Shown here: positions 41,094-51,823 of the stretch, piece after piece
Layout of the letters: the number at the start of each line of letters is the position of its first letter
How positions within the stretch are numbered: position 1 is the first letter of the stretch
Assembly: GCA_963753435.1 (NCBI GenBank)
Contig: CAVWCF010000001.1
Coordinates: forward strand, 1,152,001-1,216,000
From: an uncultured Actinomycetota bacterium
GTDB taxonomy: Bacteria > Actinomycetota > Actinomycetes > CAVWCF01
Direction of reading: 5' to 3'
Length of the DNA stretch: 64,000 bases
The notes under the pieces: generated by a model
Told to the model about the DNA's origin: nothing
Databases searched by the model: none
The model's input: the letters and a program-made list of their open reading frames with translations, nothing else
Translations under genes and position numbers: made by a program

Positions 41094-42430
41094 TCAGTCC
41101 GCCGTCGCGGCCGCGGCGGCACGAGCAGCCGCCGGCAGGGCGTCGGCGATGCGCGCGATGGCGTCGTCGTCGTGCGCGGCGGAGACGAACCAGGCCTCGT
41201 AGGCGCTCGGCGGCAGGGACACCCCGTCCGTCAGCATCGAGTGGAAGAAGGGCGCGTACCGGAACGTCTCGCTGCTGCGGGCCGCGTCGTAGTCCGACAC
41301 GGGCTCCTCGGCGAAGAACACGCTGAACAAGTTGCCCGCGGTTTGGAGTTGGTGCGCCACGCCCTCCGCGCGAGCGCCTTGGTCACCAGTTCGCCGACCT
41401 GCGCCGCGGCATCGTTCACGCGCGCATAGACGTCATCGGTGGCCAGCCGCAACGTGGTCAGCCCAGCCAGGGTGGCGATCGGGTTCCCGCTCAACGTGCC
41501 TGCCTGGTACACCGGACCGGCTGGCGCCAGGTGCCCCATCACGTCGGCGCGACCGCCGAACGCCGCGGCGGGCAGACCACCGCCCATCACCTTGCCGAAC
41601 GTCATCAGGTCCGGCGCCACACCCTCAAGGCCGAACCAACCCGCGCGGTGCACCCGGAAGCCGGTCATCACCTCATCAGAGATGAACAGCGCCCCGTGCG
41701 CCCGGCACAGCTCGGCCAGTCCGGCGGTGAAGCCGGGATGCGGTGGCACCACTCCCATGTTCGCCGCGGCCGCCTCGGTGATGACACACGCGATCTCGGC
41801 GCCGTGCAGTTCGAACGCCTTGGCCACCGCGGGCAGGTCGTTGTAGGGCAGCACGATCGTGTCCGCCGTCGTCGCCGCGGGGACGCCCGGGGAGTCCGGC
41901 AGCCCCAGGGTGGCGACCCCGGACCCGGCCGCGGCCAGCAGCGGGTCGGCGTGACCGTGGTAGCAACCGGCGAACTTCACGATCTTGCTGCGGCCGGTGA
42001 AACCGCGCGCCAACCGGATGGCCGACATGGTCGCCTCGGTCCCGGACGACACGAACCGGATCTGCTGGACCGGGTCGACGCGGGCGACGATCTCCTCAGC
42101 CAACTCCACCTCGGTCGCCGAGGGCGCACCGAACCCGAGGCCGCGCGGGACCGCCTGCTGCAGCGCTTCGGTCACGGCCGGGTGCCCATGCCCGAGCAAC
42201 ACCGGTCCCCACGAGCACACCAGGTCCACGTACTCGATGCCGTCGGCGTCCAGGACGTACGGGCCGTGGCCGGCGACGAAGAAGCGCGGGGTGCCGCCGA
42301 CGGCCCGGAAGGCTCGTACCGGCGAGTTCACGCCCCCGGGCGTCACCACTTGGGCGCGGTGGAACAGCGCCGCCGAAGTGGGGGTCTGGGAGTCGGGGGC
42401 CAGGCCGCCGGTCACATTTGGATGAGTCAT
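41094..42430 (-). CDS. hemL: Glutamate-1-semialdehyde 2,1-aminomutase (apparent frameshift near 41365)
   Basis: [55 protein letters not shown]; tail [11 protein letters not shown] in next frame. Confidence 0.93.
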
Positions 42431-42548
42431 TGCCGCCAATTCTCGCACCCCCGCCCGTGCCGCCCGTTTCGGCAAGTGGAACGGGGTTTCGTTGATAGCG
42501 GCGGTGGTGGCACTCTCCTCCTCCCCAGCCGAAGGAGGTGAGCAGCGA

Positions 42549-43734
42549 ATGGCCGGTAGGCATCGAATCCGCAAGAACCACTTACGCGAGACCCCACCCA
42601 TGCGCCACCCTGTGGGTCGACACCGGGCTACTCAACTTCCCCAGGAGCCCCACGTGAACCGTTCCCCGTTGCTGCGCCTGCAGCCGCGCTGGGTTGCGGC
42701 ATCGGCGGCCGGCACGCTGCTCGTGGGTTCGCTGCTGGCCCCGGCGCTGGCGATTCAGCCGCCCGCCGAGGACCCGATCACCTTCGTCGCGCTTGCCGAT
42801 GTCGCCGACGCAAACGACCGCGCCGTCATGACCGGCCGCAACCTGAACCGAGCACCGGTCGAAGTGGAGGAGCCGCCCCCCGCGGCGGCGATCGCCGCAC
42901 CGGCAGCGCCCGCGGCCCCGCTGACCGTCGTCGCGGCGGACCTGACCCCATCGAAGCTGACGGCGTCCGGCATCCCGTCGGTGGCGCTTGAAGGCGTACA
43001 AGCGCGCGACCAAGCGCATCAACTCCGCCGACTCCCAATGCCACATGCGCTGGGAGTTGCTGGCCGCCATCGGGCGCATCGAGAGCAACCACGGTCGCAG
43101 CGGTGCGTCGGTGATGACGGTCACCGGTGAGGCGATGCCGCCGGTGCTGGGTCCGGTGCTGGACGGGGCCGGGCCGGTCGCGCTGATCCGTGACACCGAC
43201 GGCGGGACGATGGACGGCGACACCGAGTTCGACCGTGCGGTCGGTCCGATGCAGTTCATCCCCAGCACTTGGGTGAACATCGCGCGCGACGGTGACAAGG
43301 ACGGCAAGAAGAACCCGCACGACATCGACGACGCGGCACTGGCCTCGGCCGCGTACCTGTGCGCCGGCAAGGGTGATCTGCGTGACGCCGAGGACCTCGC
43401 CTACAACATCTACCGGTACAACCACTCCGACTCCTACGTCGAACTGGTGCTCAAGGTGATGGAGGCCTACGGCGCCAACCCGCCGCGCGTGGTCGCCGAT
43501 TCACCGGTGCCGCCGAGCCCGGCCCCGACGCCGACAGTGGCCGCCAAGTCACCGACACCGACGAGCACGCCGAAACCGAGCCCCAAGCCGAGCCCGAAGC
43601 CGTCCACATCGACGTCGCCGTCACCGGGCACCTCGCCCACCCCGACGCCGACCGCGAGCGGATCACCGACTCCAACCGACAGCGCGACGTCGCAGCCGGA
43701 TCCGACTCCCACCACTAGCGAGCCGCTGCCGTAA
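42549..43734 (+). CDS. Lytic transglycosylase domain protein with Pro/Ser/Thr tail (apparent frameshift near 42990)
   Basis: AGGAGG RBS, MAGRHR start; [35 protein letters not shown]. Confidence 0.85.
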
Positions 43735-43829
43735 CGCAACCTCCCGACCGAACCGCAACATCGCGCCGGAATCGCATCCGGCGCGGATGCAGATCAGGCC
43801 GCCTGTTGCAGAACGGTCCGCAGGTTGCG
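43735..43829. repeat. Spaced palindrome, solo copy 3, with extra outer arms
   Basis: CGCAACCT(43735); core CGCAAC(43754)-N14-GCATCC(43774)-N5-GGATGC(43785)-N14-GTTGCA(43805); AGGTTGCG(43822). Confidence 0.9.
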
Positions 43830-43855
43830 AAACCCAGCCACCAACTTGAATGCGC

Positions 43856-43882
43856 CACTCAGGCGACCTAGTCGTGTGAGTG
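43856..43882. terminator. Possible hairpin after hemB
   Basis: Imperfect stem CACTCA.GCGAC-CTA-GTCG.TGAGTG between convergent stops. Confidence 0.35.
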
Positions 43883-43888
43883 CGGCAG

Positions 43889-44857
43889 TCAGGCCAAACG
43901 GGGGGCCAGCGAAGTGGCCGCGTAGGTGAGGATGAAGGACGCCCCGGCGCGCTTGATGCCGGTCAACGCCTCCAGGTGCGCCCGCTCCCGGTCCAGCCAC
44001 CCGTTGGCGGCAGCCGCCTCGATGGCCGCGTACTCGCCACTGACCTGATACGCCGCCACCGGCACGTCGACCATCTCAGCCACCCGCGTCAGCACATCCA
44101 GATACGGCCCGGCCGGTTTGACCATGACCATGTCCGCGCCCTCGGCCAGGTCCAACGCGACCTCGCGAAGTGCCTCATCGGCGTTGGCCGGATCCATTTG
44201 GTACCCGCGCCGGTCACCGACTGCCGGCGTCGACTCGGCCGCGTCCCGGAACGGCCCGTAGTACGCCGACGCGTACTTGGCCGCGTACGACAAGACCGCC
44301 ACGTCGGCGAAACCGGCTGAGTCCAGCGCCGCCCGGATGGCGGCCACCTGACCGTCCTGCATGCCCGACGGCGCGACGACGTGGGCGCCGGCCTCCGCCT
44401 GGGCCACGGCGACCTGCGCGTAGCGGGCCACGGCCGCGTCGTTGTCCACCGAACCATCGGCCAGTAGCGGCCCGCAGTGCCCGTGCGCGGTGTACTCGCA
44501 CAGGCACACGTCGCCGATCAGTACCGCCGCGTCACCGACCTCGGCTACCAGGTCGCGCAGTGCCGCCTGGGTGATCCCGTCGGGATCGGATGCGGCCGAA
44601 CCGACGTCGTCCTTGTCGGCGGGCACCCCGAACAGGATCAGCCCGCCGACTCCGGCCTCGACCGCGGACGCGGCCGCCTTGCGCAGGGAGTCCCGGGTGT
44701 GCTGGAACACCCCGGGCATCGAGGCGACCTCGACCGGCTCGGTCAGCCCCTCCTTGACGAACAGCGGCAGCACCAGGTCCGCCGGCTGCAGCGTCGTTTC
44801 GGCCACAAGCCGACGCAGCGCCGCGGTGCGACGCAGACGACGTGGCCGCTCGATCAC
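43889..44857 (-). CDS. hemB: Porphobilinogen synthase
   Basis: RPRRLR, DVCLCEYTAHGHCG, SYAAKYASAYYGPFRDA, MVKPA, AYQVSGEY. Confidence 0.97.
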   Translation of the reverse strand: MIERPRRLRRTAALRRLVAETTLQPADLVLPLFVKEGLTEPVEVASMPGVFQHTRDSLRKAAASAVEAGVGGLILFGVPADKDDVGSAASDPDGITQAALRDLVAEVGDAAVLIGDVCLCEYTAHGHCGPLLADGSVDNDAAVARYAQVAVAQAEAGAHVVAPSGMQDGQVAAIRAALDSAGFADVAVLSYAAKYASAYYGPFRDAAESTPAVGDRRGYQMDPANADEALREVALDLAEGADMVMVKPAGPYLDVLTRVAEMVDVPVAAYQVSGEYAAIEAAAANGWLDRERAHLEALTGIKRAGASFILTYAATSLAPRLA

Positions 44858-46473
44858 TTGGCCTTGGCCTTCTTCGAACGTGCCGCCGGTCGGGCCTTGC
44901 GCTTGCTGGGACGCCAGTCGTCGGTGCCGGTCTCGGCGGCCTCATCGCGCAGCCCCGCGCCGTGGGCGGCCAGGGCCTCGACCAGCGCGGCCATGTTCGG
45001 CTCCGGGCTGAGCACGTCCACGCGCAACCCGTGCTCCTCCGCGGTCTTGGCCGTCTGCGGGCCAATGCACGCGATGACGGTGGAGGTGTGCGGCTTGCCC
45101 GCGATGCCGACCAGGTTGCGCACTGTCGAGGACGACGTGAACACGACCGCGTCGAAGCCACCGGTCTTGATCGCGTCGCGCACCGGAGCGGCCGGCGGCG
45201 CGGCCCGCACGGTGCGGTAGGCGGTGATGTCGTCGACCTCCCAGCCCAGTTCCACCAGGCCGGCGGACAGCGTCTCGGTGGCGATGTCCGCGCGCGGCAG
45301 GAACACCCGGTTGATCGGGTCGAGCACGTCGTCGAACTCCGGCCAGTCCTCCAACAGACCGGCCGTGGACTGCTCACCGGACGGCACCAGGTCCGGCTTG
45401 ACGCCGAACGCCACCAGCGCGGCCGCCGTCTGCTCGCCCACAGCGGCCACCTTCAGACCGGCGAAGGCACGGGCGTCGAGGCCGTACTCCTCGAACTTCT
45501 CCCTGATCGCGCGCACCGCGTTGGCCGAGGTGAACGCCACCCACAAGTACCGGCCGGAGACCAGGCCCTGCACCGCGCGGTCCACCTGCTGCGGGTTGCG
45601 CGGCGGCTCGACGGAGATCGTCGGGACCTCCTCCGGCACTGCCCCGTAGCGGCGCAGCTGCTCGCTCAACGCACCCGCCTGGTCCTTGGTGCGCGGCACC
45701 AGGACCCGCCAGCCGAACAGCGGCTTGGTCTCGAACCAACTCAACGCGTCGCGCAGGCCGACCACCGTGCCGATCACGGCCACCAGCGGGGCCTCCAACT
45801 TCTCCTTGGACAGTTCCCCGGCGACGTCCTGCAGCGTCGACACGATCGTGCGCTGCGACGTCGTCGTCCCCGAGGACGTGACTGCCACCGGGGTGTCGCC
45901 CGGGCGACCGGCGTCCATCAAGCCGTCAGCCGCTTCGATGACGCGCTTGCCGTCACCGGGGACGACCACGGTCACCAACTCGTCCACGTGCATGTGCCAG
46001 TCGGGCTTCTTCGCGTGCGGGCTGACGATGTTGAAGCCCGTCGAAGACGCGGAGTTGACCGGGATGCCGGCGTAGGCGGGGATCGACGTCGCGCCCGGAA
46101 CTCCCGGCACGATCTCGAACGGCACGCCGGCCTTGGCGCAAGCCTTGGCCTCCTCGGCGAACCCGACCGTGCCGGCCGCGTCGCCGTCCATCAGCCGGAC
46201 CACGTGCGCGCCGGCCTTGGCGTGCTTGACCAGCAACCGGGCCCGCTGGGCGTAGGTGAGGTCGTGCCCCTTGTCGTCACGGAGGCCGTCGACGATCTCG
46301 ACCTCGGCGCGGCAGTGCTGCAGGTGAATGGGGCTGGCCACGCGATCCAGCACAACCACGTCGGCACCGGACAACAGGGTCATGCCGCGGACGGTGATGA
46401 GCCCGGGATCACCGGGGCCGGCACCGACGAAACGGACGGAACCCATGACGGTCTTCTTGCGCGTACTGCTCAC
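44854..46473 (-). CDS. hemD: Bifunctional uroporphyrinogen-III C-methyltransferase/synthase (CobA-HemD)
   Basis: VGAGPGDPGLITVRG; WFETKPLFGWRVLVPRT; FTSANAV; FTSSSTV. Confidence 0.92.
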   Translation of the reverse strand: MSSTRKKTVMGSVRFVGAGPGDPGLITVRGMTLLSGADVVVLDRVASPIHLQHCRAEVEIVDGLRDDKGHDLTYAQRARLLVKHAKAGAHVVRLMDGDAAGTVGFAEEAKACAKAGVPFEIVPGVPGATSIPAYAGIPVNSASSTGFNIVSPHAKKPDWHMHVDELVTVVVPGDGKRVIEAADGLMDAGRPGDTPVAVTSSGTTTSQRTIVSTLQDVAGELSKEKLEAPLVAVIGTVVGLRDALSWFETKPLFGWRVLVPRTKDQAGALSEQLRRYGAVPEEVPTISVEPPRNPQQVDRAVQGLVSGRYLWVAFTSANAVRAIREKFEEYGLDARAFAGLKVAAVGEQTAAALVAFGVKPDLVPSGEQSTAGLLEDWPEFDDVLDPINRVFLPRADIATETLSAGLVELGWEVDDITAYRTVRAAPPAAPVRDAIKTGGFDAVVFTSSSTVRNLVGIAGKPHTSTVIACIGPQTAKTAEEHGLRVDVLSPEPNMAALVEALAAHGAGLRDEAAETGTDDWRPSKRKARPAARSKKAKAK

Positions 46474-47393
46474 TGCGGTGTCTCTTCCATGAGGGTGCGT
46501 GCCCCGTCCGCAAGCAACCGATCGGCCAGCCGACGACCCAGACCTTCGGGGTCATCGACTGAACCGGTGTCGGTTCCACGCACGGACGAGTTCCCGTCAC
46601 CGGATGCGGCGACGGCGGTCAAGGTGAGCCGGGCATCGACGTTGGCCAGCGCGCCGACCGGTGCGGTGCACCCGGCCTCCAACGCGGCCAGCAACGAACG
46701 CTCGGCCAGTACTGCGGCTCTTGCGGCAAGAACGTCCAACGACGCAAGCGCGGTGAACGTGTCCGCGTCATCGGCACGGCACTCCAGCGCCAACGCCCCC
46801 TGGCCGGGGGCGGGCAGCATGACGTGCGGCTCGAGCACCTCGGTGGCTTCGGCGGCGCGACCCAGGCGACGCAGTCCGGCGAACGCGACCACAACCGCGT
46901 CCAGGTCGCCGTCGCGGACGCGCTGCAGCCGGGTGTCGACGTTGCCGCGAAGCCCAACGATGTTCCAGTCGGTGCCGGTGGCCGCGGCGACCATGTGCAG
47001 TTGGGCCGCACGGCGCGGCGAGCCGGTGCCGATGACCGAACCGCCCGGCAGCGTGGTCAGCGTGTGTTCGTCGCGCGCCACGAGCGCGTCGCGGGGGTCC
47101 TCCCGCTGCGGCACCGCGGCCAGGGCGATGCCTTCGGCAGGAGCCGTGGGCAGGTCCTTGAGCGAGTGCACCGCCGCGTCGACCTGACCATCCAGGACCG
47201 CGCTGCGCAGCGCCGTGACGAACACCCCGGTGCCGCCGATCTCAGCCAACGGTTCGGTGGTCTCATCGCCGCGGGAGGAGATGGGGACCAGTTCGACGGC
47301 TCGGCCGGTGCGCTGCGTCAGCGCCTCCGCCATTGCGGTCGCCTGCGCCATCGCCAGCGCCGATCGGCGCGTACCCAACCGCAGCGCGCTCAT
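46470..47393 (-). CDS. hemC: Hydroxymethylbilane synthase
   Basis: GTRRSALAMAQ, AVHSLKDLP, GTGSPRR, LRGNVDTR, PAPGQGAL, LEAGC. Confidence 0.97.
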   Translation of the reverse strand: MSALRLGTRRSALAMAQATAMAEALTQRTGRAVELVPISSRGDETTEPLAEIGGTGVFVTALRSAVLDGQVDAAVHSLKDLPTAPAEGIALAAVPQREDPRDALVARDEHTLTTLPGGSVIGTGSPRRAAQLHMVAAATGTDWNIVGLRGNVDTRLQRVRDGDLDAVVVAFAGLRRLGRAAEATEVLEPHVMLPAPGQGALALECRADDADTFTALASLDVLAARAAVLAERSLLAALEAGCTAPVGALANVDARLTLTAVAASGDGNSSVRGTDTGSVDDPEGLGRRLADRLLADGARTLMEETPQ

Positions 47394-48760
47394 GGCTTGG
47401 GCTCCGCATCGGCGTCCAGTCCGGCGTCCGCCACCTCGGGCTCCAGCAATGCCGACCCCTCGCGTTCCACGAGTGCGGCTTCGCTGATGACATCCACTAC
47501 CTGTGGGTCCAGGTCGAACAGCCGGTGCAGCGCCTCGGCGTACGAACCAACTGGTGGCTGCTCGGCCAACTCCTTGACCCGCACGGTCGGCGTGTGCAGC
47601 AACTTCTCGACCACCCGGCGGACCGTTTGCTCCAACTCCGCGCGCTGCATGACGTCGAGGTCGGGCAACCGCCGTTGCAGTCGCTGCAGTTCGGCCGCCA
47701 CGACGGCGTCGGCGCGATCGCGCAGAGCCACGACAACCGGCGCGACCGCGTCGGCGCGCAACGCGGCCACGTGCGCGGCGATCTCGTCGGCGACGATGCG
47801 CCGAGCGGACTCGATCGCGGCAAGGATCGCGTCATCGGTCATCAAGTCGCCGAGGTCCTCCATGTCGACCAGCGACACGTTCGGCAGCGCCAACACGGCC
47901 GGGTCGATGTCGCGCGGCAACGCCAGGTCCAGCAGAACCAGTGGCTGTTCGCCGCGTGCGGCACGGGCGGTGGCCACGGCCTCGGCGGTGACCACGAAGC
48001 CGGTGGCTCCGGTGCACGACACCACCAGGTCGGCGTCGGCGAGCACGCTGGACAGTTCGTCCATCGGGTACGCCGCAGCGTCGACCTGCGCGGCCAGCCG
48101 CTCGGCCCGGTGCGGGGTCCGGTTGACGATGCTGATGCGGCCGACACCGGCGCGCTGCAACTGGCTCGATGCCAACGCGGCCATGGAGCCCGCCCCGACC
48201 ACGACAGCGGTCCGGCCGGTGAGACCGCCCAGCGAACTGGCGGCGGTCGCCAGCGCCACCGACACGACCGAGACCCCGGCCTTGTCGATGCCGGTTTCGG
48301 CGTGGGCCCGCTTGCCCGCGCGCAGCGCCCGCTGCAGCGCTTCGTTGAGCACCCGGCCTACCGACTGCGACTCCTGGGCCTGCGTCAGCGCGTTGCGGAC
48401 CTGGCCGAGGATCTGGGACTCACCGACGATCATCGAGTCCAGCCCGGCGGCGACCTCGAAGATGTGCTGCACCGCGCGGTCTTCGAAGTGCACGTACAGG
48501 TGCGGGTGCAAGGCGTCGGCGGTCACCGAGGTGTGCCGGGCCAGCAGCTCGGTCAGTTCGGCCACGCCGCCGTGGAAACGGGTGACGTCGGCGTAGACCT
48601 CCACCCGGTTGCAGGTGGACAGAACGGCCGCTTCGGCAACAGATGGGCTGCCGCGCAGGTCGGTCAGCAACTTGGCGCGGGCGGCCTCGTCCAGGACGGC
48701 GCGTTCCAGCAGCGGCAACGAGGCGGTCCGGTGGTTGAGGCCGACAACCAGAAGGCTCAT
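47390..48760 (-). CDS. hemA: Glutamyl-tRNA reductase
   Basis: MSLLVVGLNHRTA, LSTCNRVEVY, GLDSMIVGESQILGQV, VGAGSM. Confidence 0.96.
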   Translation of the reverse strand: MSLLVVGLNHRTASLPLLERAVLDEAARAKLLTDLRGSPSVAEAAVLSTCNRVEVYADVTRFHGGVAELTELLARHTSVTADALHPHLYVHFEDRAVQHIFEVAAGLDSMIVGESQILGQVRNALTQAQESQSVGRVLNEALQRALRAGKRAHAETGIDKAGVSVVSVALATAASSLGGLTGRTAVVVGAGSMAALASSQLQRAGVGRISIVNRTPHRAERLAAQVDAAAYPMDELSSVLADADLVVSCTGATGFVVTAEAVATARAARGEQPLVLLDLALPRDIDPAVLALPNVSLVDMEDLGDLMTDDAILAAIESARRIVADEIAAHVAALRADAVAPVVVALRDRADAVVAAELQRLQRRLPDLDVMQRAELEQTVRRVVEKLLHTPTVRVKELAEQPPVGSYAEALHRLFDLDPQVVDVISEAALVEREGSALLEPEVADAGLDADAEPKP

Positions 48761-49455
48761 GCGCTGGCCTCCGTCATGTCGGCCCGCCCAGTGCGGCGCT
48801 GCTCGTGGAAGGCCAGGATCTGCAGTTCGGTGGCGAGGTCGACCGTGCGCACCTCGACGTCGTCCGGCACCGATAGCGGGGCCGCGGCGAAGGACAGGAT
48901 GTTGCGAACGCCGGCGGCCACCAACCGGTCCGCGACCGATTGCGCGGCCTGGGCTGGGGTGGCGATGACGGCGATCGCCGGGCGGGTGCGTTCGATCATC
49001 GCTTCGAGTTCGGCCATCGGCTGCACCTCGAGGTCCCCGACGAGTTCGCCGACCGTGGCCGGATCGGCGTCCACCAGCCCCACCACGGAGAACCCGCGCG
49101 AGGCGAAACCGCCGTACTTGGCCAGGGCGTGGCCAAGGTTGCCGGCGCCGACGATGACGACTGGCCAATCCTGAGCGAGCCCGAGCGCGCGGGCGATTTG
49201 GTAGATGAGGTACTCGACGTCGTAGCCGACCCCGCGGGTGCCGTAGGAGCCGAGGTAGGAGAGGTCCTTGCGCAGCATGGCCGAACTCACGCCGCTGGCC
49301 TGCGCGAGCGCCTCGGAGGAGACGGTGGCCAACCCCGATGCCGCCATAGCGGACAACACGCTGTGATATCCGGGGAGGCGGGCCACGGTGGTCTCTGGGA
49401 GCACGTCTCGGCGACGGCGCGGCTCACGCAGTCGCGGCGTGTGCTCCGGGCTCAC
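48757..49455 (-). CDS. rex: Redox-sensing transcriptional repressor Rex
   Basis: TVARLP.Y, LRKDLSYLGSYGTRGVGYDV, VGAGNLGHAL; AGGAGG before GTG 49455. Confidence 0.96.
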   Translation of the reverse strand: MSPEHTPRLREPRRRRDVLPETTVARLPGYHSVLSAMAASGLATVSSEALAQASGVSSAMLRKDLSYLGSYGTRGVGYDVEYLIYQIARALGLAQDWPVVIVGAGNLGHALAKYGGFASRGFSVVGLVDADPATVGELVGDLEVQPMAELEAMIERTRPAIAVIATPAQAAQSVADRLVAAGVRNILSFAAAPLSVPDDVEVRTVDLATELQILAFHEQRRTGRADMTEASA

Positions 49456-49500
49456 CGGACCTCCTGGCAGGGGGATGGGTGCGGCCGTGAGGCTACGTCC

Positions 49501-49518
49501 TTGTGAACGTGTGAACAA
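49501..49518. promoter_or_regulatory. Rex operator upstream of rex-hemACDB
   Basis: TTGTGAA-CGTG-TGAACAA matches 12/14 specified ROP positions, about 45 bp upstream of the rex start. Confidence 0.75.
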
Positions 49519-49592
49519 AATCCGCGATCTGCGACCGTCTCGGATGTTGGAACGTGGTGTCCCGCTCTACGGAATCACCGTCTGGACCGGTG

Positions 49593-50018
49593 TTAGCGGA
49601 TCGCGCGCTTGAGCAGCGTGCGAATCTGCTTCTCCACGGCCTCGGTCATTTCGATCAGCGCGTAGGCGGTCGGCCACATCCCGGCCTTGTCGAGGTTGGC
49701 CTGACCGCTGAAGCCGAGGGTGCAGTAGCGCTCCTCGAACTTGGCCGCGCCCTGAAAGAAGCAGAGCACCTTGCCGTCCTTGGCGTACGCGGGCATGCCG
49801 TACCAAAGGCGGGGCGTGAGGTCCGGTGCGACTTCGCGGACAAGTTCGTGAACACGCTGGGCCAGGACCCGGTCGGCCTCGGGCATCTCGGCGATCTTGG
49901 CGAGCACTTCCGGCTCCAGGTCGGCCTTGGCGCCGCGCTTCTTGGTGGTCTTGAGTTCGGCCGCCCGCTCCTTCATCGCCGCGCGCTCGGCGGCGGAGAA
50001 GCCCGACTTCTCAGCCAT
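49593..50018 (-). CDS. DUF1801 domain-containing protein
   Basis: [38 protein letters not shown]. Confidence 0.85.
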   Translation of the reverse strand: MAEKSGFSAAERAAMKERAAELKTTKKRGAKADLEPEVLAKIAEMPEADRVLAQRVHELVREVAPDLTPRLWYGMPAYAKDGKVLCFFQGAAKFEERYCTLGFSGQANLDKAGMWPTAYALIEMTEAVEKQIRTLLKRAIR

Positions 50019-50253
50019 TCAGGGCCGCCCGCAAGCGGTCCGCTTCGATGCGCCAGTAGCCGCGCTGTTCGCCGTCAACAAGCACTACAGGTAGTTCATC
50101 GCCCCAGCGGATGAACAACTTCGGGTCTTCGGTGACGTCTACTTCGACCCACTGCTCGCCGGTCTCGGCCGCGACCGCCGCCACGACGTTGCGGGCGTCC
50201 TCGCACAGATGGCAACCGGGCTTGGTGAGCAACTGGATGCGGGGCTGCGTCAC
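50011..50253 (-). CDS. Glutaredoxin-like protein (DUF836)
   Basis: [15 protein letters not shown]; own GTG right after the acyl-CoA ligase stop at 50256. Confidence 0.85.
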   Translation of the reverse strand: MTQPRIQLLTKPGCHLCEDARNVVAAVAAETGEQWVEVDVTEDPKLFIRWGDELPVVLVDGEQRGYWRIEADRLRAALNG

Positions 50254-50255
50254 CG

Positions 50256-51789
50256 CTACGCCTGCTCCCGCAGCACCCGCTTGGAGACCTTGCCCGTCGG
50301 TGAGTGCGGCAGCCGCTCGACGACCACGATCTCCTTCGGCTGCTTGAAGCGGGCCAGCCACTCCTCGCAGTGCGCTTGCACGGACGCCACCGACAACTGC
50401 CGTGCCCGGCATGGCCACGACGAACGCCTTGACGGCCTCACCGGTTTCCTCGTCGGGGATGCCCAGGGCGGCCGCCTCGGCGACCTGCGGGTGCGCGGCC
50501 AGCACCGACTCGATCTCGCGCGGGTAGACGTTGAAGCCGTTGACGATGATGAGCTCGCGGGTGCGGTCGACGAGCACGAAGTCCCCGTCGACGTCGCGAT
50601 AGCCGACATCGCCGGTCGCCAACCAGCCGTCGTCGTCCGGCCCGCCGGAGCCGTCCGGCCAGTAGCCGCTGAACAGGTTGTCGCCGCGGATCGACAGTTC
50701 CCCCGGCCCCTCCTCCGGGTCACCGTCGCCGTTTGGTTCGAACTCGAAACCGCCGACGTCCACGAGCCGGACCTCGACCCCGGGCAGCGGGCGGCCGATC
50801 GAGCCGGGCTTCGGTGCACCGCCGACGAACGTGAGCGTGACCCCGGGTGCCGCTTCGGTCAGCCCGTAGCCCTCAAACACGGGCACTGCGGCGGCTTCGG
50901 AGAACGCCGTGGCCAACTCCGCGCTGAGCGGCGCCGCGCCGGACAGCACGTGCCGGACACCGCTGAACCCGGCACGCAGGCTGTCCGCCGGCACCTGCAG
51001 GAACGCCTGCAGCATCGACGGGACCACCGGGATGTGGGTGACCGACCGTTGCTGGATCGTCTGCAGGATTGCGGCCGGGTCGAACCGGTCGACAAGAACG
51101 ACCGTCGCGGCCTGTCGGGCGACTTGGGCCACCGACCCGTTCAGGCCGTAGACGTGGAAGAGCGGCAGCACCAGCAGCACCACGTCATCCGGAGTGATCG
51201 GCAAGTCCGGTAGCGACGCGACCTGTTCGACATTGGCCATCAGCGCGCGGTGGGTGAGCATCGCGCCCTTGGGCAGCCCGCTGGTGCCGGACGTGTACAG
51301 CAGCAGGGCCAGGGACTCCGGGTCCACCTCGGGGAACTGGTCGGAGTCACCGCGGCCGCCGGCCACGAGCGCGTCGAAGGACATGACCCGGATGCGCGAC
51401 AGGTCGGAAACGGCCTGGTTGACGAGCCCGGCCTGCGCCTCACCACGAACGACGAGCCGGACCCCGGCATCGGCCAGGACGGCAGCAAGCTCGTGACTGG
51501 TCAGGGTGGGGTTCAACGGGACGGCGACCAGGCCGGCCCGGGCGATGGCCGCGTACAAGGCGACGAACTCGACGCTGGAGCCCATGACGAGGGCGACCCG
51601 GTCCCCGTGCTCCTTGGCACCACCGGAGGTCAGCCCCAGGGCGTTGAGCGAGTGGGCCGCAGCCGAGACCAGTGCGTCCAGAGAGGCCCAGGTCTCGGTG
51701 CGGTTGCCCGAGATGACGGCCGGGTGGTCTGGCCGGGCCTGGGCGGCATGCGAAACCAGTTCGGCGACGGTGCTGGCTCGCTGCGACAT
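50256..51789 (-). CDS. Long-chain fatty acid-CoA ligase (apparent frameshift near 50400)
   Basis: YTSGTSGLPKG, EGYGLTEAAP, TGDVG, IIVNGFNVYPREIE; proper end LARFKQP..LPHSPTGKV* in another frame. Confidence 0.88.
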
Positions 51790-51823
51790 GTGCGAATTCT
51801 CCCACGCTCGCTAGCCTTCGGGC

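Noticed and set aside
42431-42650. c-di-AMP (ydaO) riboswitch upstream of the lytic transglycosylase
   Set aside because: The expected conserved elements were not recognisable, and the region reads as RBS plus coding sequence (MAGRHR...). An Infernal/Rfam scan would settle it.
47390-49168. N-terminally extended HemA (592 aa); similar extensions of MenB, MenE, ProC and ResA
   Set aside because: The extensions overlap neighbouring genes or regulatory DNA; canonical starts with family N-termini lie downstream.
50011-51789. Apparent acyl-CoA ligase-glutaredoxin fusion (592-aa ORF)
   Set aside because: The ligase's true C-terminus (LARFKQP...TGKV*) is in another frame ending at 50256, and the glutaredoxin has its own GTG. 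The fusion results from one indel near 50400.
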